DNA of 64,000 nt, from the NCBI GenBank assembly GCA_001628485.1, contig LURR01000012.1, positions 53,611 through 117,610 of the forward strand, given 5' to 3'. A model generated the notes under the pieces. The model saw only the letters and a list, made by a program, of their open reading frames with translations. It ran no database searches and was not told the origin of the DNA. The stretch's first letter is position 1. Every line of letters begins with the position of its first letter. Positions 20,014-29,399 of the stretch are shown piece by piece. The DNA comes from Marine group II euryarchaeote REDSEA-S11_B3N4. GTDB lineage: Archaea > Thermoplasmatota > Poseidoniia > Poseidoniales > Thalassarchaeaceae. The translations under genes and the position numbers were made by a program.

Positions 20014-21213
20014 TTGGAACTATCAGAGAAGAAGGAGGAGATAACCGAGACCCTGCACATTCCTGTATTGAGAAAGAAATGGCAGATCTTAGTGCTACAG
20101 ATAACCTCAACCGTCTCGCTTTTGCTCTTGCTGAAGAGGATGAGCGATATCTATGGCCCTTGTAGCGATGATTTCATTTTGAACAATAACGCGAACACGT
20201 GGTGCCCCTCATACGAGCACACCAGGGGTCTAATGTGGATGGAAAACGCCAATGGACTCCTAATACCGGATTTCCTCCTAGGTGTGGGGCAGACAGGCAC
20301 AATGTCCATGATCGGACCCTTGGTCTTGTGCCTATTTGCAACTTTCGCGATAGAAAGATTCTGGTCATCCTCACAGGAGCTGCAGAACAGAATCAAGCAG
20401 GTGGCTGCAGCATTGCTGGGTGCCTGGGTAATCCTCCCATTCCTATTCTCTTGGATTTTCGCGACATTCTCCAATGGCTTCCACTTCCCCTGGAACAGCA
20501 ACGACTCAATGAATCACATAGGGGAACTGTTCCATCCATTGGGACTCATGGGAGAACTCGTTTTCTTAGGCATTGTATTCGCACCAGTCTTGGTAGGACT
20601 AATCGGGATATGGGGTCTTTCGAAGAGATCGATTACCTGGGTGGTAGGATACTACATTATAGTAATCGCATTCCATGCTGTCCTTACCTTCGAACCCATA
20701 GTCTCTGAGGTTGATGTAGGACTACGTGCGCTTCCAACCCAGATAGGTGAGGGCTCTATGTTCGGTGGCCTAGTTTCCCCGCTTGCAAGCTCCCTTCTTG
20801 GGGTAGCCATACTGATGCTTCTTTTCATGGAGTCTGGGACTGCTGCCATATCTCACATGGAATACGCAGCCTCTCTCCCGGAAGAGTCCAAGAGAGATCC
20901 AGAGTACATCAGGCAGTTCAATAACGTGGTCAACTCCCATCTAATACAGCTCCTAGTGGTAGTATCCCTGGTTGGAGTTACCACGGCTCTCGCATTGGCA
21001 TTCGATGACCTGATGATATCTATCGTTGGAATACTGGAGGGTACACAGTGGACTGGTCAAGTAAAGGAGTCGCTGGAACTACAGATGACATACGGCAAAG
21101 TAATCTCTGCAGGCCTCTTCATCATAGCAGTCGCCGGACTAAGATTCGTGGTCCCGTGGCAGATTGTTTCTGGTTACGTGGAATCGGGAATTTCGAGGCT
21201 TCGCTCAAACTAG
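20014..21213 (+). CDS. Hypothetical multi-pass membrane protein
   Basis: About 8 hydrophobic segments. TTG start at 20014 follows GGGGTGAG just after the DUF58 stop (ORF track start 19969). Confidence 0.7.
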   Translation: MELSEKKEEITETLHIPVLRKKWQILVLQITSTVSLLLLLKRMSDIYGPCSDDFILNNNANTWCPSYEHTRGLMWMENANGLLIPDFLLGVGQTGTMSMIGPLVLCLFATFAIERFWSSSQELQNRIKQVAAALLGAWVILPFLFSWIFATFSNGFHFPWNSNDSMNHIGELFHPLGLMGELVFLGIVFAPVLVGLIGIWGLSKRSITWVVGYYIIVIAFHAVLTFEPIVSEVDVGLRALPTQIGEGSMFGGLVSPLASSLLGVAILMLLFMESGTAAISHMEYAASLPEESKRDPEYIRQFNNVVNSHLIQLLVVVSLVGVTTALALAFDDLMISIVGILEGTQWTGQVKESLELQMTYGKVISAGLFIIAVAGLRFVVPWQIVSGYVESGISRLRSN

Positions 21214-21476
21214 GACCTGATTCTAACGTACATCTTTCCAATATAAGTCGCGATTAGAGGGATCGCTGTAACCAGGCCACAGACAGTCACCAAGCCAGAC
21301 TTAGCACCCATACTCGTCTCTAGGGCCTCTTCTATTTCTGGAAAGGCGAGTATTCCCAAAAATGACAGAACAAACAGCGAAAACCTGTCAATCGTGGGGG
21401 AGAAACTTTTGTCTCCAATCTCGGTCCTGTTCGGTAGGATTCCAGAATTGCCCATGTCCTTCCGGTTGATAGTCAA
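21210..21476 (-). CDS. Small hypothetical 2-TM protein
   Basis: Fills the gap between two genes and has two hydrophobic segments. The start may be ATG 21455. Confidence 0.5.
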   Translation of the reverse strand: MTINRKDMGNSGILPNRTEIGDKSFSPTIDRFSLFVLSFLGILAFPEIEEALETSMGAKSGLVTVCGLVTAIPLIATYIGKMYVRIRS

Positions 21477-21529
21477 CGAATCAAATCACCGGAGGATGGT
21501 TTGAAGCCTATGCTGCCCGACGAAGCTAC

Positions 21530-22531
21530 ATGACAGGAGCGATCGAGGTCCAGACTTGCAGCAGATGTCGCTCCGATGCTATCGTCTTCCAGGAGTACAG
21601 TGGGCAGCATCTGTGTGGAAGGCACCTTTCTTCCTCAATAAGAAAGAGAACTTCAAGGGAATTGAGGGCACAACTAGACCTCCCAAAGAACGCTACCAAG
21701 GACGATGGTTCGCCCTTCATCATCCTGATTGCTGTTTCAGGCGGAAAGGACTCAGCGGTCCTACTTTCGATGATGGCTGACATTATCGGAGGACGAAGAG
21801 ATGTGGAACTGGTCGCTGGATGCGTTGACGAGGGGATCGACGGTTACCGAGCTCCATCGATGGAATTCGCGAGAGAACTGGCTGAATCACTTTCCCTTAG
21901 ATTTGAGACTCTTAGCTACGAGGAGATGGGCTATGGAAGAATGGACGAGGTGGTCAAACTCATGCCTGCAATGGGAGAGAGTCACGTTGAGGCAAAGGGA
22001 CTCATGCCATGTTCATACTGCGGGGTCTTCCGTAGGCAGGGACTGAATGCACTGGCAGAGAGAGTGGGTGCCGACGTCATGGCATTAGGTCACAATCTGG
22101 ATGATATGGCTCAATCCATTCTTATGAACCTCCAAAAGGGTGAGATTGAAAGGTCAGTCAGGCTGGCTCCACATACCCATTCCAAGATTGATGGATTGGT
22201 TCCTAGGATTGTCCCCCTTCGATGGATACCTGAGCAAGAGATCCACGCACATGCCTTGTTTGCGGGGCTCCCCATTCACCATGGAGACTGTCCTCATGCC
22301 CCCGGCGCTATGCGTCAGCAGAGTAGGTCAGTTGTTGCTAGTCTTGAATCGCTGACTCCCGGAGCAAGACACGGCCTTCTGCACTCACTTGATAGAATAA
22401 GAGAGATGCACTTGATGGCGAATCCAGACCTTACTCAGGATGTAAAAAATTGCAAGGAATGTGGCGAGATTACCAGTCGAGAGATATGCCAGTCATGCAC
22501 TATGAGGAAATGGCTATCTGAGGCCTCCTGA
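21530..22531 (+). CDS. tRNA 2-thiolation protein (Ncs6/TtuA family)
   Basis: N-terminal CxxC, PP-loop SGGKDS, CSYC, GHNLDD and C-terminal CxxC/CxxC. Confidence 0.9.
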   Translation: MTGAIEVQTCSRCRSDAIVFQEYSGQHLCGRHLSSSIRKRTSRELRAQLDLPKNATKDDGSPFIILIAVSGGKDSAVLLSMMADIIGGRRDVELVAGCVDEGIDGYRAPSMEFARELAESLSLRFETLSYEEMGYGRMDEVVKLMPAMGESHVEAKGLMPCSYCGVFRRQGLNALAERVGADVMALGHNLDDMAQSILMNLQKGEIERSVRLAPHTHSKIDGLVPRIVPLRWIPEQEIHAHALFAGLPIHHGDCPHAPGAMRQQSRSVVASLESLTPGARHGLLHSLDRIREMHLMANPDLTQDVKNCKECGEITSREICQSCTMRKWLSEAS

Positions 22532-22542
22532 TAGAGATTTAA

Positions 22543-23010
22543 CTAGAGGATGTTTTCGATCAACTCATTGATTTCTTGCCCGCGTCCACAGTAATAGCAC
22601 CTGACTTGCAATGGATCCCTCGATGTCACACGCATTCTTTGTGGCAATGGCTCTCGGTCGTTCTTCGTGATACAGTTCCAAAAGGAGCACTTGGCAATAT
22701 TTACTAGGTCATCAGCCAGTTCTACCTTCATCTTCTCAGCAACAGCATGATTTCTGATTATCGCTATACTGGCAGCAGGGGCTATCAGAGCAAGCCTATC
22801 CAAGTCCTCTTGGTCTAGCTCTCTGTCCTCAATTTTTAGGACGTCCTTCCTTCCCAACTTATCACTGGGCACATTCATCACCAGTGAAACCGGAGTAGCC
22901 CTGTCAGTATCTATCCTCAGAATCCTGATTACCTGCATTGCATTACCTGAGGGTATGTGATCCACTACTGTGCCGTTTCGAATTGCGGTTACTCTCCTCA
23001 TCTCAGACAT
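22543..23010 (-). CDS. pyrI: Aspartate carbamoyltransferase regulatory chain
   Basis: AIRNGTVVDHI, GRKDVLKIE and Zn ligands C....C / CYYC. The ATG overlaps the pyrB stop. Confidence 0.95.
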   Translation of the reverse strand: MSEMRRVTAIRNGTVVDHIPSGNAMQVIRILRIDTDRATPVSLVMNVPSDKLGRKDVLKIEDRELDQEDLDRLALIAPAASIAIIRNHAVAEKMKVELADDLVNIAKCSFWNCITKNDREPLPQRMRVTSRDPLQVRCYYCGRGQEINELIENIL

Positions 23011-23939
23011 CACTTCACCTTCTTGGGCACATCTATTCCTAGACTCCTGCATAGCAGGGCCATCCTAGTGGGGACGCCATTGAAAGCCTGCTCGAAGTAT
23101 CTAGCGAACTCGGTGGAGTCCACGCCTGGGTCTATCTCGTCCACTCTTGGTAGAGGATGCATGATAATCATCCCCTTCATGGCACCGGAAAGGTCCGATG
23201 CCTCGATTTTGTATATCCCAGCCACCTTGGCATACTCGTCCTCATCAGGAAACCTCTCCTTCTGGATCCTAGTTACGTAGATCACATCCGCTCCTGCGAT
23301 TTGGTCCTCCAATGACTCTGTCTCCATGATTTCTGAACCATGTTCTCTGAGGTCAGAAACTATCTCGACTGGCATTTTCAGTGTTGATGGTGATACCAGA
23401 GTAAGTTTGGCTCCGAACCTGACTAATGCATGGGAAAGGCTGTGAACCGTTCTACCATATCTCAAATCTCCGACAAGGACCACATTAAGTCCTTCTAGAG
23501 TGCCATGTGCCTGTCTGATAGTGAAGAGGTCAAGCATAGTCTGAGTGGGGTGATTCCCAGCACCATCACCAGCATTCAGAATGGGAATTTCCACTGCATC
23601 TGCGCTGTATTGGGCTGCACCCTGTCTTGGATGTCTGATCGCGGCCACATCAGCATATCCGTCAATCATCTGCATGGTGTCATAGAGGGTCTCACCCTTC
23701 GCCACTGATGTGCCTATAGAAGTGAAGTTTAGGACGGAACCACCGAGCCTCTTCATGGCAGTCTCAAATGACATTCTGGTCCTAGTTGAGTTTTCGAAGA
23801 ACATGTTTGCCAGCACCTTTCCCTGTAGGAGGGGGAGGTAAACATCGCCTCTAGCAACCGGAACTAGTCTCTCGGCATCATCCAGAACGGCAACGATTTC
23901 TTGGTTGGTTAGGTCGTCCATAGTGACTATGTCGCCCAT
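23010..23939 (-). CDS. pyrB: Aspartate carbamoyltransferase catalytic chain
   Basis: FFENSTRT, HPTQ, RIQKER and HPLPR. Confidence 0.97.
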   Translation of the reverse strand: MGDIVTMDDLTNQEIVAVLDDAERLVPVARGDVYLPLLQGKVLANMFFENSTRTRMSFETAMKRLGGSVLNFTSIGTSVAKGETLYDTMQMIDGYADVAAIRHPRQGAAQYSADAVEIPILNAGDGAGNHPTQTMLDLFTIRQAHGTLEGLNVVLVGDLRYGRTVHSLSHALVRFGAKLTLVSPSTLKMPVEIVSDLREHGSEIMETESLEDQIAGADVIYVTRIQKERFPDEDEYAKVAGIYKIEASDLSGAMKGMIIMHPLPRVDEIDPGVDSTEFARYFEQAFNGVPTRMALLCRSLGIDVPKKVK

Positions 23940-24026
23940 TGTTCTCTGACTCTCGCGGAAGCAGCCCTCTCATATGCCTTGTCATTGCATGAAATCCCCA
24001 ATTCCTCCAAACCGGCGTCTTGATGT

Positions 24027-25028
24027 GTGACACTCTGCCCCGGTGTTTCGATGATAATCAGCCGAACCCCTCTCAGAGTTTCGTTCTGTGGAGGTGGAAC
24101 GGATATCGATGACTTCTCGATGTCGGAACCAAATGGGGGCAGGGTAGTTTCAGCCGCACTGTCCAGATACGTGTATGTTACCGTAAACAGTAGATTCGAT
24201 GATCGGATTCGAGTCTCTTATTCAACTATGGAGGATGTAGGCTCTATTGAAAACATTCAACACGGCCTGGTTAGGGAGGCATTGAGACTAACTGGAATAG
24301 AGTCGGGCGTCGAGATTACCACGATTGCCGACATACCAGGACAGGGAACCGGACTCGGGTCCTCTTCTTCGGTCACTGTAGGTCTACTGAACGCAATGCA
24401 TGCATTCCAGGGAAGGGAGGTTTCCAAGGAACAGCTCGCCGAAGAGGCTTGCCAGATTGAGATAGACACCTTGGGTGCGCCGATTGGCAGACAGGACCAG
24501 TATGCCGCCTCTTTCGGAGGAGTCAACTCAATCAGGTTTGGAGAAAATGGAGTCCAAGTTGAACCTATAGAGGTTTCAGAAGGCTTGTCCAAGAAATTAT
24601 CCGAAAGTTTCACTCTTGTCTTCACAGGATTGACTAGGAGTGCTAGTGAGGTCTTATCTGAGCAATCTGATGACGAGTCCGACAAGAATAGTAGGATGAG
24701 GGAAATTAGGAAGCATGCTGATGAGGCTGCTTCTCATATAGAAAATGGCGATCTCGATTCGCTTGGGGCCATTCTAAATCAGACATGGATATCTAAGAGA
24801 GGAGTCTCCTCAATGGTTACCAATACACAAATCGATGATTTGTACGAGAGGGTTATCTCTTCCGGAGCACTAGGGGCCAAGCTTCTAGGAGCTGGAAATG
24901 GAGGATTCCTCTTGGTATGTGGAAATCGGCAGCTCCGAGGCATTCTACAAAGGGAACTAGGTGAAGGCCATCGGATGTTCCCCTTGGAAATTGACTTTTC
25001 TGGCTCTAGTATAATCTTTGGAACTTGA
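24027..25028 (+). CDS. GHMP kinase, HddA-like sugar-phosphate kinase
   Basis: PLRVSFCGGGTD, PGQGTGLGSSS, GRQDQY and GAKLLGAGNGG. The likely start is ATG 24051. Confidence 0.88.
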   Translation: MTLCPGVSMIISRTPLRVSFCGGGTDIDDFSMSEPNGGRVVSAALSRYVYVTVNSRFDDRIRVSYSTMEDVGSIENIQHGLVREALRLTGIESGVEITTIADIPGQGTGLGSSSSVTVGLLNAMHAFQGREVSKEQLAEEACQIEIDTLGAPIGRQDQYAASFGGVNSIRFGENGVQVEPIEVSEGLSKKLSESFTLVFTGLTRSASEVLSEQSDDESDKNSRMREIRKHADEAASHIENGDLDSLGAILNQTWISKRGVSSMVTNTQIDDLYERVISSGALGAKLLGAGNGGFLLVCGNRQLRGILQRELGEGHRMFPLEIDFSGSSIIFGT

Positions 25029-25041
25029 GTGAGGCGCCAAG

Positions 25042-27162
25042 ATGACATCTGAAAAAAGAAAATCAGAGTTTCTAGCAACTCTCCTCATCCCAACTCTTCT
25101 TTTGCTTTCTCAAATTACGACATCTCACGATTCACTGAAGGAATATGAATCGGATTCAGTTTTCTCGGATTCGAATGGCGATCAGACAATTCAAGGGCAT
25201 TCGTTCCTTAATTTCACCAATCCGATTTCACCCAGCTCTCAAGTTAATGCGACCTGGTTCGCACAGGTATCCGTTCTCGAGAGTTACGGAACCGATCTTC
25301 TCGAGAACAGATCGATCGGCCTCTTGGATCAGATAGATCAGATCCTAGGTAACTCGGACGGATGGTTGGACGAATCGGAAGCCAACTCTTTCTCCGAACT
25401 GGTAGCCTCTTCCAGAAACTGGACAGACTCATTTTCAGGTGGCTGTTGCGCATTCGACTATTCTTCCATGTCAGTCGTTGGATCCATTGACGTATCTGTC
25501 AATCCCCCGGAAATTGGACCTACAAACAGAACTGGAGGGGAATGGGGGTGGACGGAGAGTGGAAATCTGATTGGTACTTCTGATGGTAGGACTCTACGAT
25601 TAATCGACCTCCCAAGAGTAGGCGCTCTGATTGAGGAGGTCCCTCTGAGAGTCTCTCTTCCTGAGGATTGGGAGTTCAAGTATAGCCCAATGTCGGAAAT
25701 AATCACAGGTAGCCCAGGTGCATTCTTTGTCGACAGGTCTCAGGCTCCAGTTGCCTATGACATCAGGATTACAATTGACCGTAACATGCCTCCGATCCTT
25801 TCTGCGACAAGCTTCCCTCAAATTTCCTCAACCATCTCGCTGGCAAAGCCCTCTTCGTTCTCTGCAACCTGCACGGATAACCCCTTAGAAAATCCGAGAA
25901 TAGAGTGGACGATAAGCAGAAGCGGAACTACAATTTCCTCTTTCGAGAATGATTGGATATCAGTTAAGCCCAGCGATCTAAATTTCACCCATGGCGACGT
26001 TATGAGCGTGAACGCAACCTGCATTGACTTCCACGGAGCGGTATCGCATTGGAACGACAATCCCACCGTTGACGGGATCCCACCAGACTGGAGTGGGAAG
26101 TTCTCAGTCGATGGAATCGAAGGAGAGGTGATCGAAAATGGAAGCCAAACGCCAATTCTTGCACCGGCGGGGAGCTTGATTAGATTCGAAGTCAACGCAT
26201 CTGACGACTCATCCCTACCGGTATTGCTTGAATTGTACACAAACGTATCAGAGGGATGGAGGCAAACCGGTTTGAATCAGCAAACTTTCGAATTCACCGC
26301 CAATCAGGGAAAGGGCATCAATGGCGCCGATATGGGAATAGATCAGAGGCACTTGCAGAAGGCACCATCTGAAATCCTAATGGCACTGGTCGCTACTGAC
26401 GATGCCGGAAACTCGGTCCTTTCAGAATGGACACTCAGGGTTCTGGATGCGAACCCCCCGACAGTAATTCCACGATTATTCTCCAATGGAATAGAGATTG
26501 AGTACGACGATAAAATACATGAAAAGGATGAACTAGAGCTTAACCTCTCTCACTCTTACGATGACTTGGATTCAATAGGCGACGTTTCATGGTCAGTATT
26601 GGTAGATGACGAAGAGATATTCCAAAGTAGCCCAGACTGGTCAGTCTTTGAACCAATAAGCCTCTCATTCCTTGCCAAGGGCGCTCATAACATCACTGTG
26701 AAAGCAACCGACTCCAAGGGGAATACCAGAGAAGAGCCAATCTCGATTACTATTGAGCCCAGGAGCGGGGCTCACATCAGAGTGGCCGAAGCGACACTTC
26801 CTGATGATGCTAGGGTTGGAAGTAGTGTAATGCTCACAGTGTTAGTAAAAAACGATGGTTCAGATCCTGCATTCGCTCGAGTATGCCTGTCAGATATCTG
26901 TGGAAGATGGACCGAAGAACCGTTCGCAGCCACTTTGGAATCAGGCCCCGGACAGGCGACGATAGAGTTCCATTTCGAGATGCAGAACAAGACCGTCGAG
27001 AATCTATACCTTAGCTGGGATAGCGCCTCGGCAGGGACATACGGGGATATTCCTATTGAGGTATCTGTGAATAACCAAGCAGGAATCGCTAAATCACCGT
27101 TCCTAGCTGTTCTATTCGGCATATCTCTATTGTTAGTTGCATGGTACAGGAACTCGGAATAA
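25042..27162 (+). CDS. Secreted/surface protein with Ig-like beta-sandwich repeats and a C-terminal anchor
   Basis: N-terminal hydrophobic signal, repeated ATDDAGN / ATDSKGN and D..PP turns, CARDB-like VKNDGS, terminal TM helix. Confidence 0.65.
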   Translation: MTSEKRKSEFLATLLIPTLLLLSQITTSHDSLKEYESDSVFSDSNGDQTIQGHSFLNFTNPISPSSQVNATWFAQVSVLESYGTDLLENRSIGLLDQIDQILGNSDGWLDESEANSFSELVASSRNWTDSFSGGCCAFDYSSMSVVGSIDVSVNPPEIGPTNRTGGEWGWTESGNLIGTSDGRTLRLIDLPRVGALIEEVPLRVSLPEDWEFKYSPMSEIITGSPGAFFVDRSQAPVAYDIRITIDRNMPPILSATSFPQISSTISLAKPSSFSATCTDNPLENPRIEWTISRSGTTISSFENDWISVKPSDLNFTHGDVMSVNATCIDFHGAVSHWNDNPTVDGIPPDWSGKFSVDGIEGEVIENGSQTPILAPAGSLIRFEVNASDDSSLPVLLELYTNVSEGWRQTGLNQQTFEFTANQGKGINGADMGIDQRHLQKAPSEILMALVATDDAGNSVLSEWTLRVLDANPPTVIPRLFSNGIEIEYDDKIHEKDELELNLSHSYDDLDSIGDVSWSVLVDDEEIFQSSPDWSVFEPISLSFLAKGAHNITVKATDSKGNTREEPISITIEPRSGAHIRVAEATLPDDARVGSSVMLTVLVKNDGSDPAFARVCLSDICGRWTEEPFAATLESGPGQATIEFHFEMQNKTVENLYLSWDSASAGTYGDIPIEVSVNNQAGIAKSPFLAVLFGISLLLVAWYRNSE

Positions 27163-27224
27163 TCCCGTACCTGCCTTGCACTTGGAACCGTATAAATATT
27201 GACCCCCCCTTTTTGTTCGGGCAT

Positions 27225-28934
27225 ATGGTGATGCTTCCAGACTACCCTTCTCGTGTCGTCGCCAAACAGCGAACCAGGGTGGAAAGGGTATCGTTGCTTT
27301 TTCAGTTAATCCTCATTTCACTTGGGGCTTGGTGGCTCTTCTCTTCTTTCGGGTCTGAATCATCTCCTCTGTATAGATATGTACCAGTATTAATCCTATT
27401 CTCCTCTGCACTACTTCTTCAGGACCTAGTAGAATTCGGACCAACTGAGAGAATGCGAATCTCTACTGCATGCTGCATTGCATGGCCATTACTTCTGGCA
27501 ATAGCATCGGTAAACCGTGATGAAGGAAATATGACCGCAGTCCTCACTCTGGTCCTTGTCTCCGTAATCCTGTATTATACATCGAGGAGTATTTTAGGAT
27601 ACGATGTGAAAACAAGGAGATGGAGGGGAATGATGACAACAATTGGATTCACTCTCGCGATTCCGGTAGTCCTGGGATCAAACCTCGCGTCTCTCTTGAT
27701 AATGTCAATTGCCGCCTCATTCACCACTATACCCATACTGTTCACGAAAGACGGGTTAGAGGAAGAAAGGCGAGATTTCTCTGAACAACTTAAGGATGCA
27801 GAGAGACATATCCTTGGTCTACAGTCTGGGAACACACTGATGCAGCAACCAAACTCCTTGCTAAAGATGGCCAGAGAGCAAGGATGGAAAAACCCTGAAA
27901 GAGGTACTGAACTAATCTCCGAGGCAAAGAGGGAAGCAACCAGGATTGCATCATTCGTATCTGACGTCGAAGAAATCAGGGAGCAATCTGAAATCTCCGT
28001 CAATAAAGCCGAGAAAGTAACAGGTTTCCCAGGTAGGCCAAGGAAGATTTTCCAAGACGCCTTGACTGAACTTGAAAACGGCTCACTCAGGGCTTCTGAA
28101 AGCAGGTTCAGGATGGCTAAGTCCGAGGCAGAGATGATTGAGTCCAACTGGCAGAATGCCATAGAAGCGATTGATGAGGCCGAGAAAGCTATCTCCGATG
28201 CGCAAGGTCACTTGGTCCAAGGACTTCAATCAACTCTAAATGAGGCAAAAAAAGCCATGGAAGATGAAAATCCACAGTACGCGTTGGCAATTGTTTCAGA
28301 GATACCATCCCAGATGGATGATGTGGAAGGACTAATGTTGCAAGCAAGAAAATCCTTGGAGGAGGCCAAGAGAGAGGCTTCGTCGTATGATTCTATCACT
28401 ATTGGAGATCTAAATAAGAGGTTGGAAGATGCAAATGAGGCTTTGGATTCGGGAAATGCTTCTCTTGCAATAGGACTCTCGGAAGGAGTGACTAGGTCGA
28501 TTAGGAAGGAATCCGAAGCTAAAACCACTGTCCAGAGATCTCTGAGACAGGTCAAGAGTATCGAGGACAGGATACCAGTAGGAGACACGGGCTCTGAGTG
28601 GAGTAGAAGACTGGATGAGGCTAAATTGTCTGCAGATGCAGGAAAATGGATAGAGGCGGCAGAATGCCTGAGCGCACTAGCCGAAGAGCTGGATGATTTC
28701 CATTCACGGGTCGAAGAGGCCCGAGAGATGCTCGAATTCCTGGACGGAGATTGGATAAAACTCAGGAAGAGGCTAGAGTCATCGGGTTATGGAGCGGATA
28801 ACAAAGACAGGATTTCAACCGAGGGATATCTTGCAGCCGCAAATAGGGCCCTTTCAGAAGGGCAGATTGACGATTGCTTGGAATCATTGGGAGAAGCAGA
28901 CTCGTCAATGGAAGTACTTCGTCGTCTAGTCTAG
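27225..28934 (+). CDS. Membrane protein with a long Ala/Glu-rich helical C-terminal region
   Basis: About 6 TM helices followed by about 390 aa of helical repeats. TATAAATA at 27191 supports start 27225. Confidence 0.7.
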   Translation: MVMLPDYPSRVVAKQRTRVERVSLLFQLILISLGAWWLFSSFGSESSPLYRYVPVLILFSSALLLQDLVEFGPTERMRISTACCIAWPLLLAIASVNRDEGNMTAVLTLVLVSVILYYTSRSILGYDVKTRRWRGMMTTIGFTLAIPVVLGSNLASLLIMSIAASFTTIPILFTKDGLEEERRDFSEQLKDAERHILGLQSGNTLMQQPNSLLKMAREQGWKNPERGTELISEAKREATRIASFVSDVEEIREQSEISVNKAEKVTGFPGRPRKIFQDALTELENGSLRASESRFRMAKSEAEMIESNWQNAIEAIDEAEKAISDAQGHLVQGLQSTLNEAKKAMEDENPQYALAIVSEIPSQMDDVEGLMLQARKSLEEAKREASSYDSITIGDLNKRLEDANEALDSGNASLAIGLSEGVTRSIRKESEAKTTVQRSLRQVKSIEDRIPVGDTGSEWSRRLDEAKLSADAGKWIEAAECLSALAEELDDFHSRVEEAREMLEFLDGDWIKLRKRLESSGYGADNKDRISTEGYLAAANRALSEGQIDDCLESLGEADSSMEVLRRLV

Positions 28935-28995
28935 GGAATCCAGATTCTGTATTAACCGAGCTTCTCAATTACCAAGACTCCCTCCCTGAACTGAA

Positions 28996-29070
28996 GCGGA
29001 CATGGTCTAGTGGTTATGACAGCAGGTTCCCAACCTGCTAACCCGGGTTCAACTCCCGGTGTTCGCACCA
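28996..29070 (+). tRNA. tRNA-Gly (CCC)
   Basis: Acceptor GCGGACA/TGTTCGC, anticodon arm GCAGG-TTCCCAA-CCTGC, GTTCAAC T loop, encoded CCA. Confidence 0.95.
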
Positions 29071-29148
29071 ATATCCAGTAAATGTCTGAAACATCACCGA
29101 CACATGCCGCCAATTTGTTTAAATCACAGATGTCGATGTTAAGGTTTC

Positions 29149-29337
29149 ATGGACCAAACACTGGACATGCAGGTCGCCGCGCTGATTTTCCTGGCCGGCA
29201 CTAAGAGCCTCGTCACCAGTGAGCACCCTGGTGGCGTTGAAATGACGAGCGAAGAAGAGGAGGATTCGGAAGATCCAGCACCGAGCAATATTTCTCAAAT
29301 GCGTGAGCCATTGAATTACGGCTCAATAGGAATTTGA
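29149..29337 (+). CDS. Small acidic hypothetical protein (62 aa)
   Basis: TTTAAA 31 bp upstream of the ATG (leaderless spacing); fills the gap. Confidence 0.45.
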   Translation: MDQTLDMQVAALIFLAGTKSLVTSEHPGGVEMTSEEEEDSEDPAPSNISQMREPLNYGSIGI

Positions 29338-29399
29338 AACATGGTTGGTGTAACCTGGCCCACTACTGTATTGAAATAAGGAATCACGGAGGTAAGGAT

